Below, one piece after another: positions 9,736 to 20,667 of a stretch of 64,000 nucleotides of DNA. Under the pieces are notes generated by a model. The model saw only the letters and a program-made list of their open reading frames with translations, did not search any database and had not been told where the DNA came from. The DNA is taken from NCBI RefSeq assembly GCF_046119375.1, contig NW_027362761.1, positions 63,488,001 to 63,552,000 on the forward strand, written 5' to 3'. This DNA is from Phyllobates terribilis (lineage: Eukaryota). A program made the translations under genes and the position numbers. Position 1 is the stretch's first letter; each line of letters starts with the position of its first letter.

Positions 9736-11415
9736 ACGTCTTCATCTCTGCAATTCTCTCGTGGTGCTGTCATGGTCGACCGATAGTCATAAGTTACTTA
9801 CCGGTAACGGGATTTTTCGGCGACCATGACAGCACCCTTATATTCCCTCCCTTCACTTTATAGGAGCACTCCTCGTTTATTAATTATAATTTTCTCAATT
9901 AGTGGTGTTGTATAAAAATATTATTTTCATGACTGTTTACTATGTCTACTAACCTGGTGGTCCTCTCAATGCTCTGTAATCCAAACTGAGGCGAGAGAGA
10001 GGGCCGCCCCTTTTAACCCTGTAGGTTTCCTGTCCTTGGTGGGCGGATCCCCTCTCTCGTGGTGCTGTCATGGTCTCCGAAAAATCTCGTTGCCGGTAAG
10101 TAACTTATGACTTTTAAGCAAGCCGAAGATACTCGATTAGCACCCAAGCATGCTCGGATAACCCCTTAGCCAAGCCCGCTCGCTCATCACTAGCGGCCAT
10201 GTCTGTTTAAGTGACGGCCATCAAGCAGCGGTGAACAACAAACAAGCGGCCATGCACAGCTGCTGGGGGAACGGCCCAGGCCCACTGCCCCCGGACCGGA
10301 AATGGATGCCGACGCGGTGTCCCCGACGGTGAGTGGGTCCCGGCACTTGCCTAGGTGCTGACGCCGGCCTTGTATATAAGGACTATAATGCTGATAATCT
10401 ACATAAAACATGAAATCTCCAGTTAATCTATTAAAGTCACTCTTTTCACAAAGGAAATTTGAAATATAGTTGTATAGAGAAATATATATCTATACCGATT
10501 TATTGCAACTTGTCTGTGACATCAGACGTCATGATATGAAAGGTACCTGTAAATAAGTAAATTAGGTGGTGCCATACATTGAATACACAATTAGCATGCA
10601 TATGTTCATTTGATCCATTAAAAGAAGGGACTAGCTACGACCACATATATGCGATGTGTGGGAGGGGGCCACTGAGTGGTCTTTTTGCACTAATTTTCCT
10701 CCCACACATCCCATATATGTGGTCGTACCTAGTCCCTTCTTTTAAAGGATCAAATAAAGTATTAATAATTTTACATTGTGGAAGCTGGATTTTCTTTACT
10801 TGCAAGTGTGTATCTGGCAGAGATGGTTCTCTGTGCTTCACTTCACGAATCAACTGGGACTATCAAGGGTGAGCTAAAATAACGGTCTTGTTATACATCT
10901 GCATATGTTCATGTCTTCCAAAAACAGTACCAACAAAACAAATTAGATATTATATTTGGCTTTTCATTTTTACCACCAAAAAAGTATTATACAAAAAATG
11001 TGACTCTATATGGCACATATGACTTTGTGATCAATATTATTTCCTGCCTGAGATCTTCTACAACTGGTATTGAGTATCAGTCCTGCAAATAAAATGGCCT
11101 TTGTACTTGTCATCTAGGGTACACGTAAACAACAACAACAACACTAGGATTATGTAGGTTTAATATAGCGAATGATGGGACTCCTGCCAAAATAAATGTA
11201 CGATCATTGTATAAGGGCTTCAGAATAAATAGATTGTATCCAAATTTAGCTGGTCCATTACTATACTTCCTAGACATGGAAAAAGTGCTCATAAGTATCA
11301 TATTTGTTGGTATCCAGCAAATTAAAGATGTTATTAAAGCCTGTAGGTGAATAATGCCGCCAGAAATGTATCATGAAAGGGTAGTAAGAATGCTGCATCT
11401 AACAGACTAGATGTA

Positions 11416-13046
11416 CAGTACAGACCAAAAGTTTGGATACACCTTTTCATTTAAAAATGTTTCTGTATTTTCACGACTATGAAAATTGGACATTCACACT
11501 GAAGGCATCAAAACTATGAATTAACACATGTGGAATTATATACGTAACAAAAAAGTGTGAAACAACTGAAAATATGTCTTATATTCTAGGTTCTTCAAAG
11601 TAGCCACCTTTTGCTTTGATGACTGCTTTGCACACTCTTGGCATTCTCTTGATGAGCTTCAAGAGGTAGTCACCGGAAATGGTTTTCACTTCACAGGTGT
11701 GCCCTGTCAGGTTTAATAAGTGGGATTTCTTGCCTTATAAATGGGGTTGGGACCATCAGTTGTGTTGTGCATAAGTCAGGTGGATACACAGCTGATAGTC
11801 CTACTGAACAGACTGTTAGAATTTGTATTATGGCAAGAAAAAAGCAGCTAAGTAAAGAAAAACGAGTGGCCATCATTACTTTAAGAAATGAAGGTCAGTC
11901 AGTCCGAAAAATTGGGCAAACTTTGAAAAGTGTCCCCAAGTGCAGTTGCAAAAACCATCAAGCGCCACAAAGAAACTGGCTGACATGAGGACCGCCCCAG
12001 GAAAGGAAGACCAAGAGTCACCTCTGCTTCTGAGGATAAGTTTATCCGAGTCACCAGCCACAGAAATCGCAGGTTAACAGCAGCTCAGATTAGAGACCAG
12101 GTCAATGCCACACAGAGTTCTAGCAGCAGACACATCTCTACAACTACTGTTAAGAGGAGACTTTGTGCAGCAGGCCTTCGTGGTAAAATAGCTGCTAGGA
12201 AACCACTGCTAAGGACAGGCAACAAGCAGAAGAGACTTGTTTGGGCTAAAGAACACAAGGAATGGACATTAGACCAGTGGAAATCTGTGCTTTGGTCTGA
12301 TGAGTCCAAATTTGAGATCTTTGGTTCCAACCACCGTGTCTTTGTGCGACGCAGAAAAGGTGAACGGATGGACTCTACATGCCTGGTTCCCACCGTGAAG
12401 CATGGAGGAGGAGGTGTGATGGTGTGGGGGTGCTTTGCTGGTGACACTGTTGGGGATTTATTCAAAATTGAAGGCATACTGAACCAGCATGGCTACCACA
12501 GTATCTTGCAGCGGCATGCTATTCCGTCTGGTTTGTGTTTAGTTGGACCATCATTTATTTTTCAACAGGACAATGACCCCAAACACACCTCCAGGCTGTG
12601 TAAGGGCTATCTGACCAAGAAGGAGAGTGATGGGGTGCTACGCCAGATGACCTGGCCTCCACAGTCACCAGACCTGAACCCAATCGAGATGGTTTGGGGT
12701 GAGCTGGACCGCAGAGTGAAGGCAAAAGGGCCAACAAGTGCTAAGCATCTCTGGGAACTCCTTCAAGATTGTTGGAAGACCATTTCCGGTGACTACCTCT
12801 TGAAGCTCATCAAGAGAATGCCAAGAGTGTGTAAAGCAGTCATCAAAGCAAAAGGTGGCTACTTTGAAGAACCTAGAATATAAGACATATTTTCAGTTGT
12901 TTCACACTTTTTTGTTAAGTATATAATTCCACATGTGTTAATTCATAGTTTTGATGCCTTCAGTGTGAATGTCCAATTTTCATAGTCATGAAAATACAGA
13001 AAAATCTTTAAATGAGAAGGTGTGTCCAAACTTTTGGTCTGTACTG
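11416..13046 (+). mobile_element. Tc1-like DD38E (Intruder-type) element, full length, transposase disrupted
   Basis: TA TSD; 268-bp TIRs starting CAGTACAGACCAAAAG. ORF ATG 11830 to TAA 12883, with a frameshift at ~11927 and TGA at ~11981. 38 residues between QQD and NPIE. Confidence 0.92.
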
Positions 13047-13170
13047 TACTTTGGTAGGTCCTAGTGTCTTCCATCTAATCTAATGTCCTTATCGCAAATA
13101 GCTGATGAGATAGTAATGATGCATTGCTTTCCAGTGGTTACTGAAGTAAAACATGAGCATTTTCTAGTAG

Positions 13171-13348
13171 TCAAAGGATAGTACAGAAGATGCTGCCATT
13201 ATTGTGACAACGTCCTTCCACTCTTGCTGCAAGCCTGGTTGTGACAGTAGCAACCCTCTGACTACTCTGAGTACTGGAGACGCCTCTTGTACATCCTTCA
13301 ATATACGGCCTCGCAGGTGGGTTTTCTAACTTCCATGTAACGTCTGGC
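13171..13348 (-). CDS. FBXO10: F-box only protein 10, last coding exon (ends IFCTIL-stop)
   Basis: ttgcag acceptor; PDVTWKLENPPARP...ARVEGRCHNNGSIFCTIL resembles the recalled vertebrate FBXO10 C-terminus. The phase-2 join with the preceding exon restores K-P. Confidence 0.9.
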
Positions 13349-13657
13349 CTGCAAGAGATAAGAATTTCATGAATAAAACACAATGATGCTCATTCACATA
13401 CTCTACAACTGCTCGGTACCACAGTTAATGCAATAAGTGGAGGATTAAAGTTGTACTCCCATCTCATCATTAGGATATATGCCATATACTTATCAGTTTG
13501 AGCTTGATGTCTAAAAACCCCAACAAATCCGTTGCTTTAACTTTTTTCCCGCACAGTGCTTGGCTAAGAGTATTGCAGTGCTGGTAAAAGTGTGAAACTA
13601 GTAATGCATCCTCTGAATCAAAAAACACATGATCACTTCAGGCACTAGAATACCTAC

Positions 13658-13839
13658 TTTTTCTTGTAAGTGAGCAGCTTGTTATGTTGAACGATGCAGT
13701 CTTCATTGTTAGACACTTGTTGCAAGATGTTTTGTCCGGATTTTCCTTGAAATATGAGGTTTTCCTGTACAAGACTTTTGGTTTGGTCGAGGAGTGCAAT
13801 GCCATAGTCATGAAGAGACTGAATCCTGTTTCTGGTCAC
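13658..13839 (-). CDS. FBXO10: FBXO10 penultimate coding exon
   Basis: tttag acceptor, gtaggt donor; VTRNRIQSLHDYGIALLDQTKSLVQENLIFQGK...LTYKK; 182 nt, phase 0 to 2. Confidence 0.9.
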
Positions 13840-14130
13840 CTAAATATAATATAGAGGCAAACTATTATCTTTACATTAGCATTCAAAATCTGCACACAAA
13901 TATGAGCAGCGGTTCATTTTATGGAACTCCAGTTTGGAGGTGCGTGGGGTAATATATTAAAAACAGCAGAATCTGCTATGAAATTTGTTATCCATGTGTC
14001 TTACCAGCTGAGCTGCAGTGGCATCTATATACTTTACTGGGCAGCACACAAAAAATAGAAAAGACAGAAAAACAGACAGAACCAATGTTTTCTGAACATT
14101 TGATTAAATCCACTGAAGTACTTCTAAATA

Positions 14131-15692
14131 CACTGTGTTCAGAATTATTAGGCAAATGCGTATTTTGATCACTTGATACTTTTTCTACATGTTGTCCTAC
14201 TCCAAGCTGCATAGGCTTGAGAGCCAACTACTAATTAAGTAAATCTGGTGATGTGCATCTCTGTAATGAGGAGGGGTGTTGACTAATGACATCAACACCC
14301 TATATAAGGTGTGCTTAATTATTAGGCAACTTCCTTTCCTTTGGCAAAATGGGTCAGAAGAGAGATTTGACGGGCTCTGAAAAGTCCAAAATTGTGAGAT
14401 GTCTTGTTGAGGGATGCAGCAGTCTTGAAATTTCCAAACTTTTGAAGCGTGATCACGGAACAATCAAGCGTTTCATGGAAAATAGCCAACAAGGTCGCAA
14501 GAAGCGTGTTGGCCAAAAAAGGCACAAAATAACTGCCCATGAATTGAGGAAAATCAAGCGTGAAGCTGCCAAGATGCCATTCGCCACCAGTTTTGCCATA
14601 TTTCAGAGCTGCAACGTTACTGGAGTATCAAAAAGCACAAGGTGTGCGATACTCAGGGACATGGCCAAGGTAAGGAATGCTGAAAAACGACCACCTTTGA
14701 ACAAGAAACCGAAGATAAAAGTTCAAGAATGGTTCAAGAAATATCTTAAGACTGATTTCTCAAAGGTTTTATGGACTGATGAAATGAGAGTGACTCTTGA
14801 TGGGCCAGATGGATGGACCAGAGGCTGGATCAGTAAAGGGCAGAGAGCTCCACTCCGACTCAGAAGCCAGAAAGGTGGAGGTGGGGTCCTGGTATGGGCT
14901 GGTATCATCAAAGATGAACTTGTGGGACCTTTTCGGGTTGAGGATGGAGTGAAGCTCAACTCCCAGACCTACTGCCAGTTTCTGGAAGACAAGTTCTTCA
15001 AGCAGTGGTACAGGAAGAAGTCGGTAACGTTCAAGAAAAACATGATTTTCATGCAGGACAATGCGCCATCACATGCATCCAACTACTCCACAGCGTGGCT
15101 GGCCAGTAAAGGTCTAAAAGAAGAAAAAATAATGACATGGGCCCCTTGTTCACCTGATCTGAACCCCATAGAGAACCTATGGTCCATCATAAAATGTGAG
15201 ATCTACAGGGAGGGAAAACAGTACACCTCTCTATACAGTGTCTGGTAGGCTGTGGTGGCTGCTGCACGCAATGTTGATCGAAAACAGATCAAGCAACTGA
15301 CAGAATCTATGGATGGAAGGCTGTTGAGTGTCATCATAAAGAAAGGTGGCTATATTGATCACTAATTATTTTGGTTTTTGTTTTTGCATGTCAGAAATGT
15401 TTATTTCTAAATTTTGTGCACTGATACTGGTTTACCTGGTGAAAATAAACAAGTGAAATGGGATTATATTTGTTTTTTATTAAGTTGTCTAATAATTCGG
15501 GACAGTAATAGTTACCTGCACAAACAGATATCCTCCTAAGATAGCCAAATCTAAAAAAATCCCACTCCAACTTCCAAAAATATTAAGCTTGGATATTTAT
15601 GAGTCTTTTGGGTTGATTGAGAACATAGTTGTTGATCAACAATAAAAATAATCCTCTAAAATACAATTTGCCTAATAATTCAGAACACAGTG
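14131..15692 (+). mobile_element. Tc1-like DD37E (TRT-type) element, one nonsense codon from intact
   Basis: TA TSD; ~28-bp TIR CACTGTGTTCAGAATTATTAGGCAAAT; 1562 bp. ORF 14349-15365 (338 codons) with TAG at 15246-15248; 37 residues between MQD and NPIE. Confidence 0.88.
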
Positions 15693-15800
15693 TAATGGTA
15701 TAACACATATGAAGCATCCACAAACGTCTGTCTCTATACAGGGGTTTAAAGGACTAACATACACCTGTCCAGGGGTATGGACTGCATTAAGGCATTATAA

Positions 15801-16671
15801 GGCTGTGTGCCCACTATGCGTTTTTTTAAGCATTTCCACAGCGGCAATTCCGCTGCAGAAACGCTTAAAATCCGCATGTGCTGTGCACATGCTGCGGAAA
15901 TTTCCACTGCGGATTATCATTGCGGAAAAATAAGCAGCACTACCAATTATTTTGTGTAATCGCTGCGTTTTTGCCGCCATTGACTTGCACTGAATCGCAT
16001 AATAGCCGTGCACATGCGGATATTAAGCGATTCAATGTGCGGATGGTACCAGGGTTTGGAGAAGAGGAGTCTCTCCTCCAGACGCGGGTACCATAGTAAC
16101 TGTAAAAAAAAAAAAAATAATTAAAATAAAAAATATACCTTCTGATGGTCCCCGGTCTCCTCAGCGATGCGTCCTGGCTTCCCGGCAGCTCGCGATGGTT
16201 TAAAAAGGACCTGCCATGACGTCATTTAGTCATGTGGCGGGTCACGCGACCGCCGACGTCGGCGGTCGCGTGACCCGTCACATGACTAAATGATGTCATG
16301 GCAGGTCCTTTTACACAACCGCGAGACACCGGGAAGACCGGACGCACCGGAGAAAAGACAGGGGGCCATCAGAAGTTAAGTATAATATTTATTTTTTTAC
16401 CATTCTTTTACAGTCCCACTATATAAATCCATGCCATTTGCATGGATTTATATAGTGTGACCAAGTTGTCAAGCACTTTTCCAAGTGATGCTAAAATCGC
16501 TTGGAAAGCGCTTGACAACCCGCATGCGAAATCGCATGATCAAAACGCTTCACATCCGCTTGTCCCTGGCAGGAAAAACGCATGTAAAATCCACATGCGT
16601 TTTTTTTGCCAGGGAGATGCAGAAACACTCAGGAAAATTCCAGAGCATTTCGGCATTGTGGGCACTTAGCC
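15801..16671. mobile_element. PIF/Harbinger-type MITE
   Basis: TAA TSD; TIR GGCTGTGTGCCCAC / GTGGGCACTTAGCC; internal hairpin ~16120-16400; second copy at 22750-23633. Confidence 0.8.
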
Positions 16672-17313
16672 TAAAAGGTGTTTGAAATGGTCCAGTTGGA
16701 CATGCTTGTCTGCACAGTGCAACTTTAGGGCCAATTTAGATGTCAGTGACCCTTCTTAGTCAGTGTCATGCATTTTTTTTTTTTTTTTTTACTCAGAGCT
16801 TGGTCAGTGTATAATTTTTTATCAAAGTTTCATCAATCTCTCTCCAATGAAAAAAAGTGTCTCATAGTAGTCTGTGAAAACAGCATCCTAGTGCTGTCCG
16901 ATAAAGTTGGTGAGCTTGATCCGAGACTTGGATCAAAATTGGACATGTCTCCATGAGTTTGCGCTGACCACTCGGTCTGCAAACAATAAATGTGAACAGA
17001 AAAATAGAGACTCTTCAGACTATATTATAGATCCCCTCCTAATTAAATATGAACCTACAGCAACATAGAGGGAGCATGTGATCATGTATCCAAAAAAGAT
17101 GGTTTATTTAAATTTATAAAATACATAAAGAAAGTCTATATTATAAATATTTTTTATATATACCCTGTGTGGTTATATCACATTTATCTTTTTTGTAGTG
17201 ATCTGCCATCCACTTGGTATCAGATAGAAATCTGCAGGGGAATTTAGCATGTACGCTTAATTAGTTGACTTTTGATATTTATAGGGGTATGAGGTGGCTA
17301 TTTAGCTGATGTA

Positions 17314-18879
17314 CAGTCATGGCCAAAAGTATTGAGAATGAGACAAATAGTAATTTTTCCAAAGTTTACTGCTTCATTTTTTGTAATGGCAATTTGCATA
17401 TACTCCTGAATGTCAAAGAGTGATCAGCTTAACAGCAATTACTGTACTTGCAAAGTCAATATTTGCCCAGAAAATGAACTTTAACCCCCAAAACACATTT
17501 TAACATCATTGCAGTCCTGCCTTAAAAGGAGCAGCTAACATCGTTTTAGTGATTGATCGCCAGCCCTGTCCTCATCAACACCCACACCTGTGTTAATGGA
17601 TCAATCAGTCATGATTAAGTAAGAATGACATCACTGGACACTTTAAAAGGAGGCTGGTTCTTGGTATCATTGTTTCTCTTCAGTTAACCATGGTTGTCTC
17701 TAAAGAAACACGTGCAGCCATCATTGCACTGCACAAAAATGGCCTAACAGGGAAGAGTATCGCAGCTACAAAGATTGCACCTCAGTCAATAATCTATCGC
17801 ATCATCAAGAACTTCAAGGAGAGAGCTTCCATTGTTGTCCAAAAGGCTCCAGGGCGCCCAAGAAAGACCAGCAAGCGCCAGGACCGTATCTTAAAACTGT
17901 TACAGCTGCGGGATCGGACTACCAGCAGTGCCGAGCTTGCTCAGGAATGGCAGCAGGCTGGTGTGAGTGCTTCTGCACGCACTGTGAGACGGAGACTCTT
18001 TGAGCAAGGGCTGGTTTCAAGGAGGGCAGCAAAGAAGCCACTTCTCTCCAGAAAAAACATCAGGGACCGACTGATATTCTGCAAAAGGTACAGGGAGTGG
18101 ACTGCTGAGGACTGGGGCAAAGTCATTTTCTCTGATGAATCCCCTTTTCGATTGTTTGGGACATCTGGAAAACAGCTTATTCGGAGAAGAAGAGGTGAGC
18201 GCTACCACCAGTCTTGTCTCATGCCAACTGTAAAGCATCCTGAAACCATTCATGTGTGGGGTTGCTTCTCAGCCAAGGGAATCGGCTCACTCACCGTCTT
18301 GCCTAAAAACACAGCCATGAATAAAGAATGGTACCAGAATGTCCTCCAAGAGCAACTTCTCCCAACCGTCCAAGAGCAGTTTGGCGCCCAAAAATGCCTT
18401 TTCCAGCATGATGGAGCACCTTGCCATAAAGCAAAGGTGATAACAAAATGGCTCATGGAACAAAACATAGAGATTTTGGGTCCATGGCCTGGAAACTCCC
18501 CAGATCTTAATCCCATTGAGAACTTGTGGTCAATCATCAAGAGACGGGTGGACAAACAAAAACCAACAAATTCTGGCAAAATGCAAGCATTGATTATGCA
18601 AGAATGGACTGCTATCAGTCAGGATTTGGTCCGAAAGTTGATTGAGAGCATGCCAGGGAGAATTACAGAGGTCTTGAAGAAGAAGGGGCAACACTGCAAA
18701 TATTGACTTGCTGCATTATCTCGTTCTGTCAATATAACCTATTGGTACTCATAATATGATTGCAATTATATTTCTGTATGTGATATAAACATCAGACAAA
18801 CACTAATAAAAACCAGAGGCCAGCAGATCATGTGAAAATATAATTTTGGTGTCATTCTCAAAACTTTTGGCCATGACTG
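17314..18879 (+). mobile_element. Tc1-like DD35E (Traveler-type) element, intact
   Basis: TA TSD; 28-bp TIRs CAGTCATGGCCAAAAGT...; 1566 bp. Confidence 0.92.
17690..18706 (+). CDS. Intact DD35E transposase, 338 aa
   Basis: Uninterrupted ORF with HTH region, GRPRK, FSDE, QHDGAPCH and SPDLNPIE; 35 residues between the second D and E. Confidence 0.92.
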   Translation: MVVSKETRAAIIALHKNGLTGKSIAATKIAPQSIIYRIIKNFKERASIVVQKAPGRPRKTSKRQDRILKLLQLRDRTTSSAELAQEWQQAGVSASARTVRRRLFEQGLVSRRAAKKPLLSRKNIRDRLIFCKRYREWTAEDWGKVIFSDESPFRLFGTSGKQLIRRRRGERYHQSCLMPTVKHPETIHVWGCFSAKGIGSLTVLPKNTAMNKEWYQNVLQEQLLPTVQEQFGAQKCLFQHDGAPCHKAKVITKWLMEQNIEILGPWPGNSPDLNPIENLWSIIKRRVDKQKPTNSGKMQALIMQEWTAISQDLVRKLIESMPGRITEVLKKKGQHCKY

Positions 18880-19175
18880 TACATATATGTCCTCCAGCTG
18901 CTGATGTGCTAGTGCACCTACTGCTTGTATACTCACCCTTCTACTTGTTTTTAATGTTTATGTGTATGTCCATTTAACTGAATAAAGGATTTATTTTTAT
19001 TTATGGCTTATTGCTCCCCAAAGATATGATATAATGCTAGGTAATAATCAAAAAATGACCGCACAATATAGATGGTAGAACCCTTAAAGTGTCAATATGA
19101 AGGCTACAATATAGTATTTAAAGAGGGTCCAAAAGAATACCAAATTATTGTAAATAAAAATAACTGCTACATGTA

Positions 19176-19304
19176 CAGAGAGGAAAATAAGTATTTGATA
19201 CAGTGCCGATGCTGCAAGTTTTCCCACCTACAAAGAATTGAGAAGTCTGTAATTTTTGTAGATGGGAAAATCGACAGTTTATCAAATACTTATTTTCCCC
19301 ACTG
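19176..19304. mobile_element. 129-bp Tc1-derived MITE
   Basis: TA-flanked TIRs CAGAGAGGAAAATAAGTATTTGATA / TATCAAATACTTATTTTCCCCACTG. Confidence 0.7.
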
Positions 19305-19538
19305 TATATAGCAAAAACCCTGCAAACAATTATAATGAACAGATATGTTGTATGTATAGTAAGTAGAACTGCCAGCTGATAAATCAAGTTTACACTAATT
19401 ATGGGTTGCTACCAAACAAACTGGCTATATGTGTGTAATAAAGTCAAACACAGGGCTAAGCTAGAGATAACATGAATATATGTAACTACAAATATATTAT
19501 TTACCTTTGGCCATAATCGGAGTGTGGGGCACTGATAC

Positions 19539-19584
19539 ACCTCGATGCGCGTTTCACAGCCGCCTGCGGTTTCATCAGGGCAGT
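19539..19584 (-). ncRNA. Degenerate minimal hammerhead-ribozyme motif, Penelope-like remnant
   Basis: Minus strand reads GCC-CTGATGA-AACCGCAGGCGGCTGT-GAAAC-GCGC-ATC-GAGG. It lies within AT-rich sequence with inverted partners (19041-19081 / 19583-19623; 17040-17100 / 19812-19853). Confidence 0.55.
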
Positions 19585-20508
19585 TCTACCATCCACATTG
19601 TGCAGCCATTTTTTGATTACTACCTGGCATTATATCATATCTTTTTTTTTAATTATTATTATTATTAATTTATTCCATGTTGTGCTTTTTATGTCTTGTT
19701 TCTCATGTTATTTTTCCATTTTTGGATATAAGGAATTTGCTTTTCTTGTATTATATACTGCTATTTTCTTTATGTATATTATAAATTATCTTGTATAAAT
19801 TTCAATATACAATCTTTTTTGGATACATGGTCACATGCTCCCTGTAGGTTCATAATAAACGTGAACAGACCCACAGAAGATAATAGGTATTACTTGTGAA
19901 AACTACGGATAGAACTACAAGAAAAAAAATGATGTCTGAGTCCTTAGACTCTATAAAGTTTACACTACCTATTGGTTGGGTCAGTTTTTTTGTCGCATTT
20001 TGGGTCACGCCTCTTTCATTGAAGAACCACAAACCCTTGCTGCTGACCTAGCCCCCTTGTTGAACAAGTAAGAAAAAGTAAAACAATGTAATGTAAAACA
20101 TTTCTGAATAATCATGTGAGCAATTGCATGGATGAATTTTACAGACACTACATAAGGATGCAGCCTGTATCTGAAGTAGCAATCAGAAGCTACAAATACA
20201 TGTATTCAGAATTCTAAAAGGATATGGAAAACTTTGGTTACAGACACTGCTGTTAGAAGAAGCTCTCTGATGGATTTCACTTTTTATTCATTCTGCATTC
20301 TACAATGCACAGAAATGCATAGAGGATGTAGAAGCCAAACTGTCCAAATTTCTTTATGAAACCCTAATGCAAAAACATATGCCTTTAAGAAAAAATAAAT
20401 AAAAACCGTCCCCCAAACTAAAGGTGTTCACAACGTCTAAAAATCTCAGCAACAACCTATATCGAGTCCAGAATTTAATTGCTTCTCAGAGAACTGGCTG
20501 ATCCCAAG

Positions 20509-20651
20509 TAGTGTTGAGCGAATTTGTTATCTGCGTGACAGCGTGGCAAATCAGGGATGTTCATGGGCGGAGCCGATTTTTTGGCGCGAACAAGCCGGAT
20601 CCCCGAACACGAACCCGAAATTGAAATGCCGAACAAATTCGCTCAACACTA
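20509..20651. mobile_element. 143-bp hAT MITE
   Basis: TAGTGTTGAGCGAATTTGTT / AACAAATTCGCTCAACACTA; perfect 8-bp TSD ATCCCAAG. Confidence 0.9.
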
Positions 20652-20667
20652 ATCCCAAGGACTGTAC

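Larger units (their letters stand above)
4439..10115 (+). mobile_element. DIRS1-type tyrosine-recombinase retrotransposon, full length (~5.7 kb), decayed
   Basis: Inverted terminal repeats ~4449-4543 / ~9981-10075, internal complementary region ~9754-9836, T-run at both junctions, gag + RT/RH/MT + YR ORFs. Confidence 0.95.
4241..10192. mobile_element. hAT MITE (TAGTGATGAG TIR) split by DIRS1
   Basis: TAGTGATGAGC...GCTCATCACTA, perfect 8-bp TSD GCGGCCAT (4233-4240, 10193-10200). Central hairpin GGATTGCCT-AACAAAC-AGGCAATCC. Confidence 0.85.
3576..10372 (-). mobile_element. Non-autonomous hAT element (CAGGGCCGGC-type TIR), interrupted by nested insertions
   Basis: Ends CAGGCCCAGCTCC / GACGCCGGCCTTG. 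8-bp TSD TATATCAG/TATATAAG. Same family, in opposite orientation, as 23897-26512. Contains a CA-rich minisatellite at ~3700-3870. Confidence 0.75.

Noticed and set aside
20551-20667. ORF extension beyond the FBXO10 exon
   Set aside because: Intronic and MITE sequence after a canonical donor; treated only as a hypothetical retention product.
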